64,000 nucleotides of DNA from a virus. Lineage: Duplodnaviria > Caudoviricetes. The notes under the pieces are model-generated. The model saw nothing but the letters and a program-made list of their open reading frames with translations. It did not search any database and was not told the DNA's origin. The stretch is taken from the IMG/VR virus record IMGVR_UViG_3300023174_000037; one strand, given 5' to 3'. Shown here one piece after another: positions 16,554 through 26,900 of the stretch (within the stretch, counting starts at the first letter, position 1; the number at the start of each line of letters is the position of its first letter). Both the position numbers and the translations under genes were made by a program.

Positions 16554-17333
16554 TCAAAATGTAATTTTTTCTATTAGAAATTTTGAAAACGCTTGATTGC
16601 TCAACGGTCCAGGGTGTTGATGGTCTAGCCCGGTATCTAGCATAAAATTCTGTTTGTATCCTTGGTATAGATTAATCCAATCAGCATTGGATAGGTTAAA
16701 CGTAGCATACTCGTTGTGAATTTTGTCATATAGGCCCCAGTATTCTACGTCATCTCTAGTATTGGCATTCAGTATTGATTGTGTATACTGAGTAGTGTCA
16801 GATGGTTGTGTATGAGGTAACTTTACAAAATAATTGTTGTCCCACGGAAGTAGTCCGTTGATAAAAAATGTTTTTGTATTAGTTAATCTGCTCAGGTTTA
16901 TGATTGTTTGTGAATACCGTAATACTTTTATAATTTCATAATGGTCGTGTAACAAATCAAAAAATCTATTTTTTATGTTGGCTAGATATTTTTTACTATA
17001 CTTCATGGTATGAAGGTTGATATCAACTAATTCTGTTGCTGGACTCCAATTTTGAGAAGTATTATACAATTCAACACCGGGATTGATTCGAAGTCTTGGA
17101 AATATGGTCCACACTACAAATAGATACTTGGGAGAATTAGTCAACGAATTTACCGCGTCTTGAAAAATTGTTTCGTTATTATTGCCACCTTCTGCCAGAT
17201 TAATCAGTGTAGTTAACTTTAACTCGGGTGTTGATTGATGCAATAGATTGACCCATAAATCTGGATCTGATTTTTCTTTAAATAATCCTTCGCCCTTGGT
17301 AAATGAACAACCAACAAAAACCGTAGTGTTCAT
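16554..17333 (-). CDS. SGNH/GDSL hydrolase-like protein
   Basis: VFVGCSFTKG, NLAEGGNNN and DHQHPG motifs. Confidence 0.65.
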   Translation of the reverse strand: MNTTVFVGCSFTKGEGLFKEKSDPDLWVNLLHQSTPELKLTTLINLAEGGNNNETIFQDAVNSLTNSPKYLFVVWTIFPRLRINPGVELYNTSQNWSPATELVDINLHTMKYSKKYLANIKNRFFDLLHDHYEIIKVLRYSQTIINLSRLTNTKTFFINGLLPWDNNYFVKLPHTQPSDTTQYTQSILNANTRDDVEYWGLYDKIHNEYATFNLSNADWINLYQGYKQNFMLDTGLDHQHPGPLSNQAFSKFLIEKITF

Positions 17334-19096
17334 TAAGCAATCTCCACATCAGTATTGTAACTAGTGAAGCCACCTTCTTTAACCACTTTGAGAATGTTTT
17401 CAACACGCCCGGCCAACTCGTCTCTATGACTCACCAACCAAATACTCTTGTGTCGTTCACGACTCATTTGTTTTAGCAAGGCCAGGGCATTTTCAACACC
17501 CGACGTATCTAAGCCGTTGTCAATCATTTCGTCTATAAACAGGAGATTGATAGGTTGATACAAGCTCTCAAACACATCACGGAATGCCCACGACATACTT
17601 AGGATTAATCGATTACGCTCACCGCGGCTCAAGTTATCAAAGTCTAACTCTCTACCCAATTCTTCGATGCTGACAGTTAGGTCGTTTTGGAATACAACTA
17701 TGTGAGGCAAACCCACACGATCCAGGTAGTGTGTTAGTCTAGCGTTCAAATAGCTAAGATTCTGTTCAATAATCTTTTTACGAATAAACGAGTCTTTACT
17801 CGTGAGCAATTTGAGCAGAAAATCTTGATGTTCTTGCAACCTAGTAAGTTCGTTAAGTGTGTCATACGTTACTTCTTGTAAGGCTTGTTGTTGCATTTCT
17901 ATAATTTGTTCTGCATACGGGTCTGTTTCTGTTTGTTTTGTGGCAATTTGCTGTTCTAAGTTAGCCATAGTAGCCTGATGTTGAATAGCATCTGCTTCGT
18001 TGTCATAGAACATGGTAGGCGGTTTACCTAACGAGCCCAAGGATGTGTGGGCAGTCTCCAACTCTGATAACAGGGTGCTAAACTCTGCGCCACTCTGTTG
18101 AGCTGTTGCCAAGTCCGCCTGTTTTGCTTCCAATACTTGTTGGTGCTTAGTGTCGTGGAAAGCCTGTCCGCACGTATGACACTCATGATTCTCGAGCGTC
18201 TCAATTTCTTTTGATAATTTGGCCGCCAGCTTTTCTTCCCTACCGATGTCCATTTTGACACGAGAGATTTGTGTTGATAGCTCGTTGATGTCCTTGCGTT
18301 TCTGATCCCACTCCTTATGATCTTTGTGCGCTTGGATCTCCGTTTCAATTTGTATATTCTGTAACGCTTTAAGGGCTTTCTCAAGTTCTTTGATATCTTC
18401 GCCATTTTTGTTTGTCCACAATGTTTGTCTGCGTTTTAGTGCTTCAATCTGTTCTTCAATGCGTTTGTTGGCTTCTTGTTCGGCACGTATACGGAATTCT
18501 TCTTGCTGTATAGCATCTTTGGTTTGTTTATTGAGTTCTTTGATACGATCAGCACGTTCACTTAGTTGTGTAATACCCAATAACTGCTCGATGATTGTGC
18601 GTTGCTCATTGGCCTTTAAACTCAAAAAAGGTTCAGTATAGGTATTCAATGCTAGGATATGTCGAAACATGTCGTGACTGAGTCCTAACAGTTGTTCAAT
18701 GTTGTCCTGCGTTTCTCTGCTGTCGCCTTGCGAATTGTCTGTGATAGCCTGTTCTTCATTGTTGACAAAAAATCTCAACACATTTGGTTTGCGACCACGT
18801 TCAATTTTATAATTTTTACCACCTACACCAAAATCTAAACTGACCACCATGTTCTTACCGTTGGTCTTGTTTACAAGATTGTCCTTGCGAATGTTGCTGA
18901 GTGCTGTGCCATACAAAGCATAACTTAACGCATTGATAATTGTTGTTTTACCTGTGCCGTTGCGACTGCCATCGCCGCCTAGATCTAAGTTTTCGCCCAA
19001 TACCAGCGTAAGGTCTTTACGATCAAAATCAATGGCTTGAGTGCTGTTACCAACACTCATGAAATTTTTAACAGTTAGATTCTTTATATGGATCAT
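17333..19096 (-). CDS. gp46: recombination endonuclease ATPase subunit (gp46/SbcC/Rad50)
   Basis: KNFMSVGN, Walker A NGTGKTT, zinc hook CHTCGQ, signature LSRGE, Walker B FIDEMID and VSHR. Confidence 0.95.
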   Translation of the reverse strand: MIHIKNLTVKNFMSVGNSTQAIDFDRKDLTLVLGENLDLGGDGSRNGTGKTTIINALSYALYGTALSNIRKDNLVNKTNGKNMVVSLDFGVGGKNYKIERGRKPNVLRFFVNNEEQAITDNSQGDSRETQDNIEQLLGLSHDMFRHILALNTYTEPFLSLKANEQRTIIEQLLGITQLSERADRIKELNKQTKDAIQQEEFRIRAEQEANKRIEEQIEALKRRQTLWTNKNGEDIKELEKALKALQNIQIETEIQAHKDHKEWDQKRKDINELSTQISRVKMDIGREEKLAAKLSKEIETLENHECHTCGQAFHDTKHQQVLEAKQADLATAQQSGAEFSTLLSELETAHTSLGSLGKPPTMFYDNEADAIQHQATMANLEQQIATKQTETDPYAEQIIEMQQQALQEVTYDTLNELTRLQEHQDFLLKLLTSKDSFIRKKIIEQNLSYLNARLTHYLDRVGLPHIVVFQNDLTVSIEELGRELDFDNLSRGERNRLILSMSWAFRDVFESLYQPINLLFIDEMIDNGLDTSGVENALALLKQMSRERHKSIWLVSHRDELAGRVENILKVVKEGGFTSYNTDVEIA

Positions 19097-20109
19097 AGGT
19101 TCTGATAGATTTTAAGCAATAACTTTGGATCATAAAACTCGCTTTCGATATTGGTCAATTGATCTGTGACAATTTGATCTACACTTTCAAATTTTACTTC
19201 TCCGGGTGCTAGGTCAATATCAATGTCTGTGCGCTTGCTAGGGATCAATGCCATCTCTCGCAAGTTGTGTTCTTTAACAAATGTATCTTTAATAAAGTTA
19301 GCTTCTTCGTAGCTGATATCAATGTCTAGTTCTACACGCACATGCATATTAGGTTTTAGTATGTTAGCACCGTTGTCAATAGCTTCACTCAGCTTCATTA
19401 CACGATACAAAGGTTGTCCTGGCCATGCAAAATATTGATCTTCACAGCCCCACTCTTTGATCATCATACCTCGTTTGTCATCGCCGGCATCGGCAAAGTT
19501 ATGCGGAAAGCAGTTGCCAATGTAGTTGATATTCTTTTTGTGTTGTCGCAAATGAAAGTGTCCACTGTATACACTCTCAATGCCGCTAAAGTTTTCTACT
19601 TTGAGCTCGCCGTGGTCGGGCATTTCTACCATGGCATTCATTTTAAAATGTGGCAGTTCAAAATGACCAAACATATATTTGGCACTCATCTTGGCCAACT
19701 TCTTATGATCATCTCCTACTAGCCATGGCGCAATAATAACATCGCCGTCTTTAAAAAAGTCATTGACAATGACAATGTTGGGAATGTGCTTGGCCCATTC
19801 CGTTGAATAGATATCACGTTTATCTCGATAGTATAAGTCGTGATTGCCAGGAATAAAGTAAAAGCGGTCAAATGCCTTGGACAATTTTTCTAGACTACGC
19901 AGGCTATACTGCAAGGTCTGCATGTTGATTGCGGCACGTTGATGGCTCCAATCGCCTAAAAACATACCGGTCTCGCATCCATTGGCTTTGGCAGTTTCAA
20001 TGAACCAGTCAATAAAATCACTACAGTCTTGGTTGTGTACCAGGCTGTTTGATTTAAGACCGAAATGAATGTCCGTGCATACAGCTACTTTTTTAAATAG
20101 ATTGGTCAT
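19093..20109 (-). CDS. gp47: recombination endonuclease nuclease subunit (gp47/SbcD/Mre11)
   Basis: Metallophosphoesterase motifs DIHFG, GDWSH, GNHD, GHFE and SGHFH. Confidence 0.95.
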   Translation of the reverse strand: MTNLFKKVAVCTDIHFGLKSNSLVHNQDCSDFIDWFIETAKANGCETGMFLGDWSHQRAAINMQTLQYSLRSLEKLSKAFDRFYFIPGNHDLYYRDKRDIYSTEWAKHIPNIVIVNDFFKDGDVIIAPWLVGDDHKKLAKMSAKYMFGHFELPHFKMNAMVEMPDHGELKVENFSGIESVYSGHFHLRQHKKNINYIGNCFPHNFADAGDDKRGMMIKEWGCEDQYFAWPGQPLYRVMKLSEAIDNGANILKPNMHVRVELDIDISYEEANFIKDTFVKEHNLREMALIPSKRTDIDIDLAPGEVKFESVDQIVTDQLTNIESEFYDPKLLLKIYQNL

Positions 20110-20117
20110 AGATTAAC

Positions 20118-20146
20118 AGTATACAGTAGCAAAACAGATTTTGCAA
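20118..20146 (-). promoter_or_regulatory. sigma70-type promoter for gp47-gp46
   Basis: TTGCAA-17 nt-TATACT on the minus strand, 8 nt before the ATG at 20109; no SD. Confidence 0.75.
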
Positions 20147-20155
20147 TCAATTAGG

Positions 20156-21073
20156 TTAATTATTGTTGTTATATTCGGTAACGTCAATATTGGTGACCAC
20201 AGAACTTAAATTTTGATTCTTCTTACCAGCGTTCTGTCTAGTCCACGATGGATTCAATCCAGCCTGTTCCAACATGTCGTCACGTATGTTTTGATTTTTC
20301 TTTTCAAGATTCAAGATACGAGTAAAGCTATTAGTGATAGCGGCAGTATAATACGCAAAAGGGTTCTGCGATTTTGACTCATCGAATTGCAAGCCGATTT
20401 GACTGAGTTGTAACAGGGCTTGTCCGCGCATTTCTTCGTTGTATGTGTATCCACGCCAATTACTCCTTGTAGCATATCTTTCGCACAGTTTCATATACAT
20501 AGTGGCCAGGGTACGTGTGACTTGCCCATGGTCCTTGCTGAATTCTCCTGTTTCAAAATCACCAATCCAGTGACTCTTGCCCACTTGGAATGGTTGTTTG
20601 TTTTCATCTAGTCGATAGTGATAAAACGGAGGAAAGTTTAGTCTAACATGTTTGGGATCCAACACCGGAATATCAATCAATTCAGCCAATGGATCGTCTT
20701 CTTCGGGCATGTCCAGTTCAAAAATATCTTCAATTTTCTTCTTTTTTGCGGCGTTTTTAGATACTTTTTTGGGTGCCATCGGTATGTGTTCCCAGCAAGT
20801 AATACGGAAAACTAAGTCGGTATTTGCTATCTTTTTTGGGTCAACAATGACGCCTTCGCGCTTTAAACGGTCAGCACGATTGCGTCTAGCTTCAGCTACT
20901 GTGCGTTGATTGATCTTGGCCAGGCTGGGCAAAATAATGTCGTATTGATGATCATTAACAGGATCTGTATATGAGCAGTAGGTGTTTTTACTAAGGTGTA
21001 TTTGTTTTAGAATATCTCTGTTGTTGAGATAGTTGGTTTTTGCTGGGGTTCTTGGAACTAGTGATGTGGCCAC
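20156..21073 (-). CDS. gp55: late-transcription sigma factor (gp55-like)
   Basis: YLNNRDIL, YATRSNWRGYTYNEEM and FDESKSQNPFAYYTAAITNSF motifs; adjacent to gp47 as in T4-like phages; GTG start with GGAGA SD. Confidence 0.8.
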   Translation of the reverse strand: MATSLVPRTPAKTNYLNNRDILKQIHLSKNTYCSYTDPVNDHQYDIILPSLAKINQRTVAEARRNRADRLKREGVIVDPKKIANTDLVFRITCWEHIPMAPKKVSKNAAKKKKIEDIFELDMPEEDDPLAELIDIPVLDPKHVRLNFPPFYHYRLDENKQPFQVGKSHWIGDFETGEFSKDHGQVTRTLATMYMKLCERYATRSNWRGYTYNEEMRGQALLQLSQIGLQFDESKSQNPFAYYTAAITNSFTRILNLEKKNQNIRDDMLEQAGLNPSWTRQNAGKKNQNLSSVVTNIDVTEYNNNN

Positions 21074-21092
21074 AGGTGGGTCTCCTATAATA

Positions 21093-21125
21093 TATTTATT
21101 GTAACATAAAAACCACAGTTGTCAA
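21093..21125 (-). promoter_or_regulatory. sigma70-type promoter overlapping a TAAATA late box upstream of gp55
   Basis: TTGACA(21125-21120)-16 nt-TACAAT(21103-21098) with TGn extension; TAAATA at 21098-21093. Confidence 0.65.
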
Positions 21126-21158
21126 CCTTTTTATAAACTGCGCCTATTTTATTTTGGG

Positions 21159-21164
21159 TAAATA
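21159..21164 (+). promoter_or_regulatory. late promoter core TAAATA (baseplate operon)
   Basis: 4 nt before ATG 21169. Confidence 0.6.
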
Positions 21165-21168
21165 CACG

Positions 21169-21549
21169 ATGCTGAATACAAACACACAATTAACCCCAGA
21201 TACTGTTACAAACAGCCCGGAACCTGTTGAAATTCCTGCCCGTGCAACTTTAGCAGATAAGGCTCAAATTAAACATATACACAGCGATGGTGTGTATATA
21301 AAGGCCTACCGAGTGCCAGCTGGATTAAAAATTTATTCCAAGCGATTCCCGGATGATCACGTGACTATACTAGGACAAGGCAGCGTAGTGGTAGAACATG
21401 GCGACGAAAACATAAAATTTGTAGCGCCTGCACATTTTGTGTTTGAAGCAATGACACGTTATACCATACACACGTTAGAAGATTCAGTCTGGTATTGTGT
21501 TCACGCAACAACCGAAACAGATCCAGCTACGTTAGCTGAACTGTATTAA
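21169..21549 (+). CDS. cupin-fold protein
   Basis: HIHSDGVYIKAYRVPAG...HVTILGQGSVVV...HTLEDSVWYCVHAT. Start probably ATG 21169, 4 nt after TAAATA (track starts 21154). Confidence 0.6.
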   Translation: MLNTNTQLTPDTVTNSPEPVEIPARATLADKAQIKHIHSDGVYIKAYRVPAGLKIYSKRFPDDHVTILGQGSVVVEHGDENIKFVAPAHFVFEAMTRYTIHTLEDSVWYCVHATTETDPATLAELY

Positions 21550-21567
21550 GCGTTTCAAGGACAGAGT

Positions 21568-23679
21568 ATGGGTGTTGAAGATTTAGCCGACGTAGCCACA
21601 GAAGCCTTTGATGTATCGTCAGAGATATTGTCCGACGGTGCAGAATTTTTGTCCGATGGTTTTGTTGATGGCTTTGACCAACTGCAAGAACAAGTTTTTG
21701 ATTTTGCTGGCGAAGCCGACTGGTTTGATGCCAACAGTTTTGGAGACATAACCAACCTCAGCTCTACAATAACAGACCTTGATCCCACTCTTGGTGGAGC
21801 ATTTACCGAAGTCAACGGTGTATTTGTCAGCACAGCTGATTTACAGGCCGAATCCTTAAGTAATGTTTTCAGCGGTGCCAAGGAAGCCCTTGGAATACCC
21901 ACTGAGCTTGGATCCGGCGCCAGTTTTGGCGGAGACCTTTTGACCAAAGCCGGGTCTGTTGCAGATGACTTTACAAGATCAATTGCTAAACAATTTACTC
22001 CAGCTAACATCAGTAAAACAGTAACAGATTTTGCTGTTCAACAAGGAAAACAAATAGTTGGTCAAGCAATTTCTCAGGCGGTACCTCCTTCTCTGCAACC
22101 GTATGCTAGTCGAGCAGTCAACACCGCTATAAATTCAGCCACAGCCGCGCCTGTGGCCGGCGGCCCTGGAACCGGTAATAGTGGATTTCTTAGTTCAATC
22201 CTAGGACCTTCAACAACTGGTCCTGCTGCCACTGTGCCAATTGGGCCAGCATATGATGACGAAGGTCGGTTGCAACTTGGGTGGACCGAACGAGAAGATG
22301 GAACTCCGGTATTCTTAGGAGGCGGATTCAATGACGCCACTGGGGAATATCTTGATAAAGCCGCACCAATATTTGATCCATACTATGGATTGAGTGATGC
22401 TCAATTACAAGCGTTGGGCAATGCTGACCCCACTGATCCTTACATTCGTGCTAGACTGGGTATACCACAATTACCTGATTCACCGTTAAACACTTCCAAT
22501 GCAGGTCTAACAAGTTTGCCTGGCGCAGTGGGAAATATATTTTCCAGCGCCACCACAGCAGGATCTAACTTAATCAAGTCACTTTTTCCAGGCGCCGCCA
22601 CAGCACCAGGAACCAGCAATGACCCTGCCGCAATAGCAGCTGCCGCTGCAGCTGCGGCTGCCGCCTCTGCAGTTAGATCACTTGCACCAGGAACAGTTAA
22701 TGATCCTGGACTAGCCACACCGCCACTTGATAGCGCCGCTCTTGCAATATTGGCATCACTTGCACCGGGTGAGTCGGCATTGATCAATGGCCAATTTATT
22801 TCAGCCGGATCTCCACAAGCACTGGCGTTGGCGGATGCAGCCTCTAGAGCTCAAGGCTTGCTAAGACAAGCACAAAATCAGCAAACAGCAAGAATTCAAG
22901 CCAACAACAATGCAGCCACTGGTGATTGGCGTGTGCGGTTGCAGTTGGCTGACTCATCTGACTATTTGTATAACGCATCTGATTGTGGTCCAATACTTTG
23001 GCCTTTGCGTGACACCAACGGAGTTATATTCCCATACACTCCTAACATAGACACTGCATACAAGGCCAACTATTCCACATATGATCTTACACATTCAAAC
23101 TATCGTGGTTATTTTTATCAAAACAGTTACATAGATGGAATCAATATCAAAGCCACATTTACCGCGCAAGACAGTGCTGAAGCCAATTACCTTTTGGCAG
23201 TGATACACTTTTTTAGATCAGTTACCAAAATGTTCTACGGCCAAGACGCACAACGCGGAACGCCACCACCATTGGTATTTTTAAGTGGCCTAGGGGATTT
23301 TCAATTTAATAAACATCCGTGCCTAGTATCACAGTTCAATTACAACTTGCCTGCAGATGTCAACTACATTCGTGCTCAAAGCACATTAAGCAACGGTGGT
23401 AACCAGTTGGCAGCTCGTACTAGACAAACAACTCGGGTCAATACAATATCCAGCACCATTGCCAGACTGGCCAGTCTTGGCACCGCATTACGTCCTGGTG
23501 CAGTAACAGCACCGTTTGCACCACAAGGCAGTTTGGCTGCCGGTAACCCTACCTATGTTCCTACCAAAATGGAAATAAGTCTTGTTTTACTACCAGTGCA
23601 GACTCGCAGTCAGGTCAGCCAACAATTTAGTGTCAAAGGATTTGCCAATGGTAACTTACTCAAAGGAGGATTTTGGTAA
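21568..23679 (+). CDS. baseplate / tail-tube initiator-like protein with long low-complexity N-terminus
   Basis: C-terminal DWRVRL...GVIFPYTP...THSNY...FFRSVTKMFYG...PPPLVFLSGLG domain; first gene of the baseplate block. Confidence 0.6.
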   Translation: MGVEDLADVATEAFDVSSEILSDGAEFLSDGFVDGFDQLQEQVFDFAGEADWFDANSFGDITNLSSTITDLDPTLGGAFTEVNGVFVSTADLQAESLSNVFSGAKEALGIPTELGSGASFGGDLLTKAGSVADDFTRSIAKQFTPANISKTVTDFAVQQGKQIVGQAISQAVPPSLQPYASRAVNTAINSATAAPVAGGPGTGNSGFLSSILGPSTTGPAATVPIGPAYDDEGRLQLGWTEREDGTPVFLGGGFNDATGEYLDKAAPIFDPYYGLSDAQLQALGNADPTDPYIRARLGIPQLPDSPLNTSNAGLTSLPGAVGNIFSSATTAGSNLIKSLFPGAATAPGTSNDPAAIAAAAAAAAAASAVRSLAPGTVNDPGLATPPLDSAALAILASLAPGESALINGQFISAGSPQALALADAASRAQGLLRQAQNQQTARIQANNNAATGDWRVRLQLADSSDYLYNASDCGPILWPLRDTNGVIFPYTPNIDTAYKANYSTYDLTHSNYRGYFYQNSYIDGINIKATFTAQDSAEANYLLAVIHFFRSVTKMFYGQDAQRGTPPPLVFLSGLGDFQFNKHPCLVSQFNYNLPADVNYIRAQSTLSNGGNQLAARTRQTTRVNTISSTIARLASLGTALRPGAVTAPFAPQGSLAAGNPTYVPTKMEISLVLLPVQTRSQVSQQFSVKGFANGNLLKGGFW

Positions 23680-23981
23680 TGGCCAATACATACGATTCGA
23701 CCAGTCCTTATTTTACCACGGGCTATACACAATTTTATCTTAATCCAATGGTCAATAGGCCTATACCAAAACTGCCGGACGATCAGCAGATGGTAATAAA
23801 TTTGACCTATCAATACAGGCCAGACTTATTGGCACTTGACTTGTATCAAACGCCAACCTTGTGGTGGGTATTTTATCAACGCAATCCTAACACGCTACAA
23901 GCACCGCCACTGGATTTCAAAGCAGGAACTACCATTTATCTTCCTACAATAAACACACTGCGCGACACATTAGGATTCTAA
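23679..23981 (+). CDS. gp53: baseplate wedge protein (gp53-like, LysM-related)
   Basis: YQYRPDLLALDLYQTPTLWWVF pattern; TAATG coupling gives start at 23679. Confidence 0.75.
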   Translation: MANTYDSTSPYFTTGYTQFYLNPMVNRPIPKLPDDQQMVINLTYQYRPDLLALDLYQTPTLWWVFYQRNPNTLQAPPLDFKAGTTIYLPTINTLRDTLGF

Positions 23982-23982
23982 C

Positions 23983-26900
23983 ATGGCACAAAGTCTTGCC
24001 TATCTATACAGTGAAAGATCTCGGTTGTTCCAGGAGATTGCCAACTTACGACAACAGTTGGCCTATGCTCAACAAAACAATGGTTCTGCAAGCATTGTTG
24101 CAGGAATACAAGCAAGACTGGCCTCTGCACAAGAACTACTAGCAGAAGTTGATGCACAAATACAAGCTGGTGAAAGAGATCAAACTGCAGGAACTGCCAG
24201 TTCTGGAAACTTGGTCAGAGATGATCAGTTGGCCACAGCCCCAGGGGCATTACCTCAGGCACCTGATGGAGCACAACAAGTTCTTAAGCCCGACGGTCGA
24301 ATAGCCACAACACCTGACACCTCATCTGGCACTAGTGCTACACAACCGGGCGATTCTGCCAACGGCATTCCTAATGTAGATCAAGGGCTCAATGCACCAA
24401 CTAAAACACTGAGTCAAACACAGGCCACCGGCGGTGGCCAAAGTTCAGCTGTTTTTGCTGCCAACGATCCTAGACGTTTAGATATAAATCGTCCAGGCAG
24501 TGGAGTAATTCCAGGGCCTGACATAGCAACTCCTCCAGCAAACACCCAAATAGGTGTAGGAGCTCCGGGCGAAGATTCCGGCCAGGCAAGAACTCCAAAT
24601 GCAACACAGCAAGAAATCAATACAATTTTTAGTAATTCACCGATAACACCGTTGCCAAATGTTCTGGACAAATATGCCAGTTATACCTACGGTGTTTCTC
24701 TTTATCTTACTACCAAGGAAGCATATAGAAGTATGGTTTCCACTGGACAAAAAAACTTATCTGGTTGTTGGCTGTTGATGCAAAGTGCTGGTATTCCTAC
24801 CGGAAGTCGAGTGCCGTATTTTAATAATGATTACTATATTGAAACAGTAAAATTACAATCTAAAATAATAGGCAAAGGAACAGGATCAAATCACAATGTG
24901 GTTGACATAGACTTTACTATAACTGAACCCACTGGCATAACTCTTATTCCTAATTTGACCAAGGCAATCCAACAATTTTATCCAGATGTGGCTGCTAAGA
25001 AAAGTTTCTCTAGTATAGTGTATCTAATGGTTATAAGATTTTATGGTTACGATCAAAATGGAAATTTAGTTAGAGGCGCCCCAGGCAATCTCAACAGTGC
25101 CAACAAGAACACAGATGCCAATGCATTTGTGGAAAAATTCTTTCCACTTCAAATCAGAGATATTAAATTTAAAGTAGGTAGCAAATTAGTCGAATACGAT
25201 GTCAAGGCTGTAGGACTTCACTACAACATCAACGTGGGTTCCAAACGTGGATCTATACCATACAACATTGAACTCAGCGGTCAGTCCGTAAATGATTTAT
25301 TAAACGGCTCGTTGGCCATTGCAAACAACCCTAATCAACAGGACGAAGAACGAGATCGAGAAGGATCCAGTAATCCTCCAGCACCAGCCAATGCCGCTGC
25401 AATTTCAAGAGGAACTGTTCGTCAAGGATTGATAACCGCCCTTAACAACTATCAACGTGAACTATCAGGGCCGGGCCCAGACTGTCCTTACACATACCCA
25501 GACGTTTACTCTGTGGAGTTTGCTACACCGGCATTAAAAAATGCCAAGGTAAAAAAAGCTGGAGGCTTAGAGCGAAGTAAAACCAGCAATGCTGTTGGTC
25601 AAACAGCGGCCGATCAAAAGTTAGGCAGTAAACAAAGTGTAGACACCAACAGTCGAACGCAAGGTGCCACTGCTGGTATGCAGATTGTGCAGTTGCTAGA
25701 TCAAATTGTTCGTAACAGTTCTTATCTTGAAGATCAACAGTTGGTTACCTATGATGAGGCCAGTGGACAATTGTTACGCAACGGAACAGCCGCAAAAAAC
25801 GTAGCTTGGTTCAAAATTAATCTTCAAGCTACTCCACAATTTGACAAATACGATCCCAAGCGAAACGACTTTGCATACAATATCAAATACATCATCAGTC
25901 CATACCGTATTGCACAACTTAATAGTGAATATTTTCCTAAACCAACATTTACAGGCGTGCAAAAAGAATACAACTATTGGTTTACTGGCAAAAATACCTC
26001 AGTGTTGAACTATGAAGAAACATTGAATAATCTGTATTACATAACGTTGTCAGGTGTAAATTTTAACAAGGCCGCATTTGTTGACACCAGCGGAGTGGCC
26101 GCAGACGATCAAATTCAAAAAAGCCACCAAACACGCAGCACAGAAAGCAGTCAAGGAGCTGATGGTAAAACTAACGAACCAATTGCCAATGCTGCCGAAC
26201 AGTTGTTGAACCCGGCAGACTTCAAAGAAAGTACGATGACCATTGTGGGTGATCCGGCTTGGCTACAACAGGGAGAAGCATTTGTTGGTCGTCCTATTGG
26301 CAGCTCAGATTATTTTAGTGCTTTTTTAGCCGACGGTACAATAAATTTTGATGCCGGTCAAGTTTTATATCGAATTGCATTTAACTCGGCCGACGATTAT
26401 AATCTCAACACTGGATTACAAACTGTCGTTGGCCAAGCAGTTTCTTCATCTGGATCTGGCACTGATGCAACTGCATTAACCGGTCGCGCTGGCGGCCCAG
26501 CAGCAATCAATAGAACATTTATTGCCAAGGAAGTTTACAGCACCTTTTCCAAAGGCAAATTTACACAAGAACTCAAAGGCAGTATATTGTTAGACAAAAC
26601 CACAGCAGACAATGCCGCAGCCGCGGCCGCTACACAATTCCTTCAACAACAGGCTATCACTGCTCTTAGTTCTAGTAGATTAGGTTCTTCGTTGACTGCT
26701 GCGGTTGGTGGGTTTGCAATGCCGGCTTATATACCAACCACGGTGAACGGGGCACTGAGTGCTGTGACAAATTCTGCTGTAAACTATTTGGCGCAAAACG
26801 TATTGGGCGGACAATCAACTAGACCGTCTGCTCTGCCAGGTGCCCCTACCAGTGGCAACCAAATAATAGACCTACTAAACAAGAAATTTTCTGCACCATC

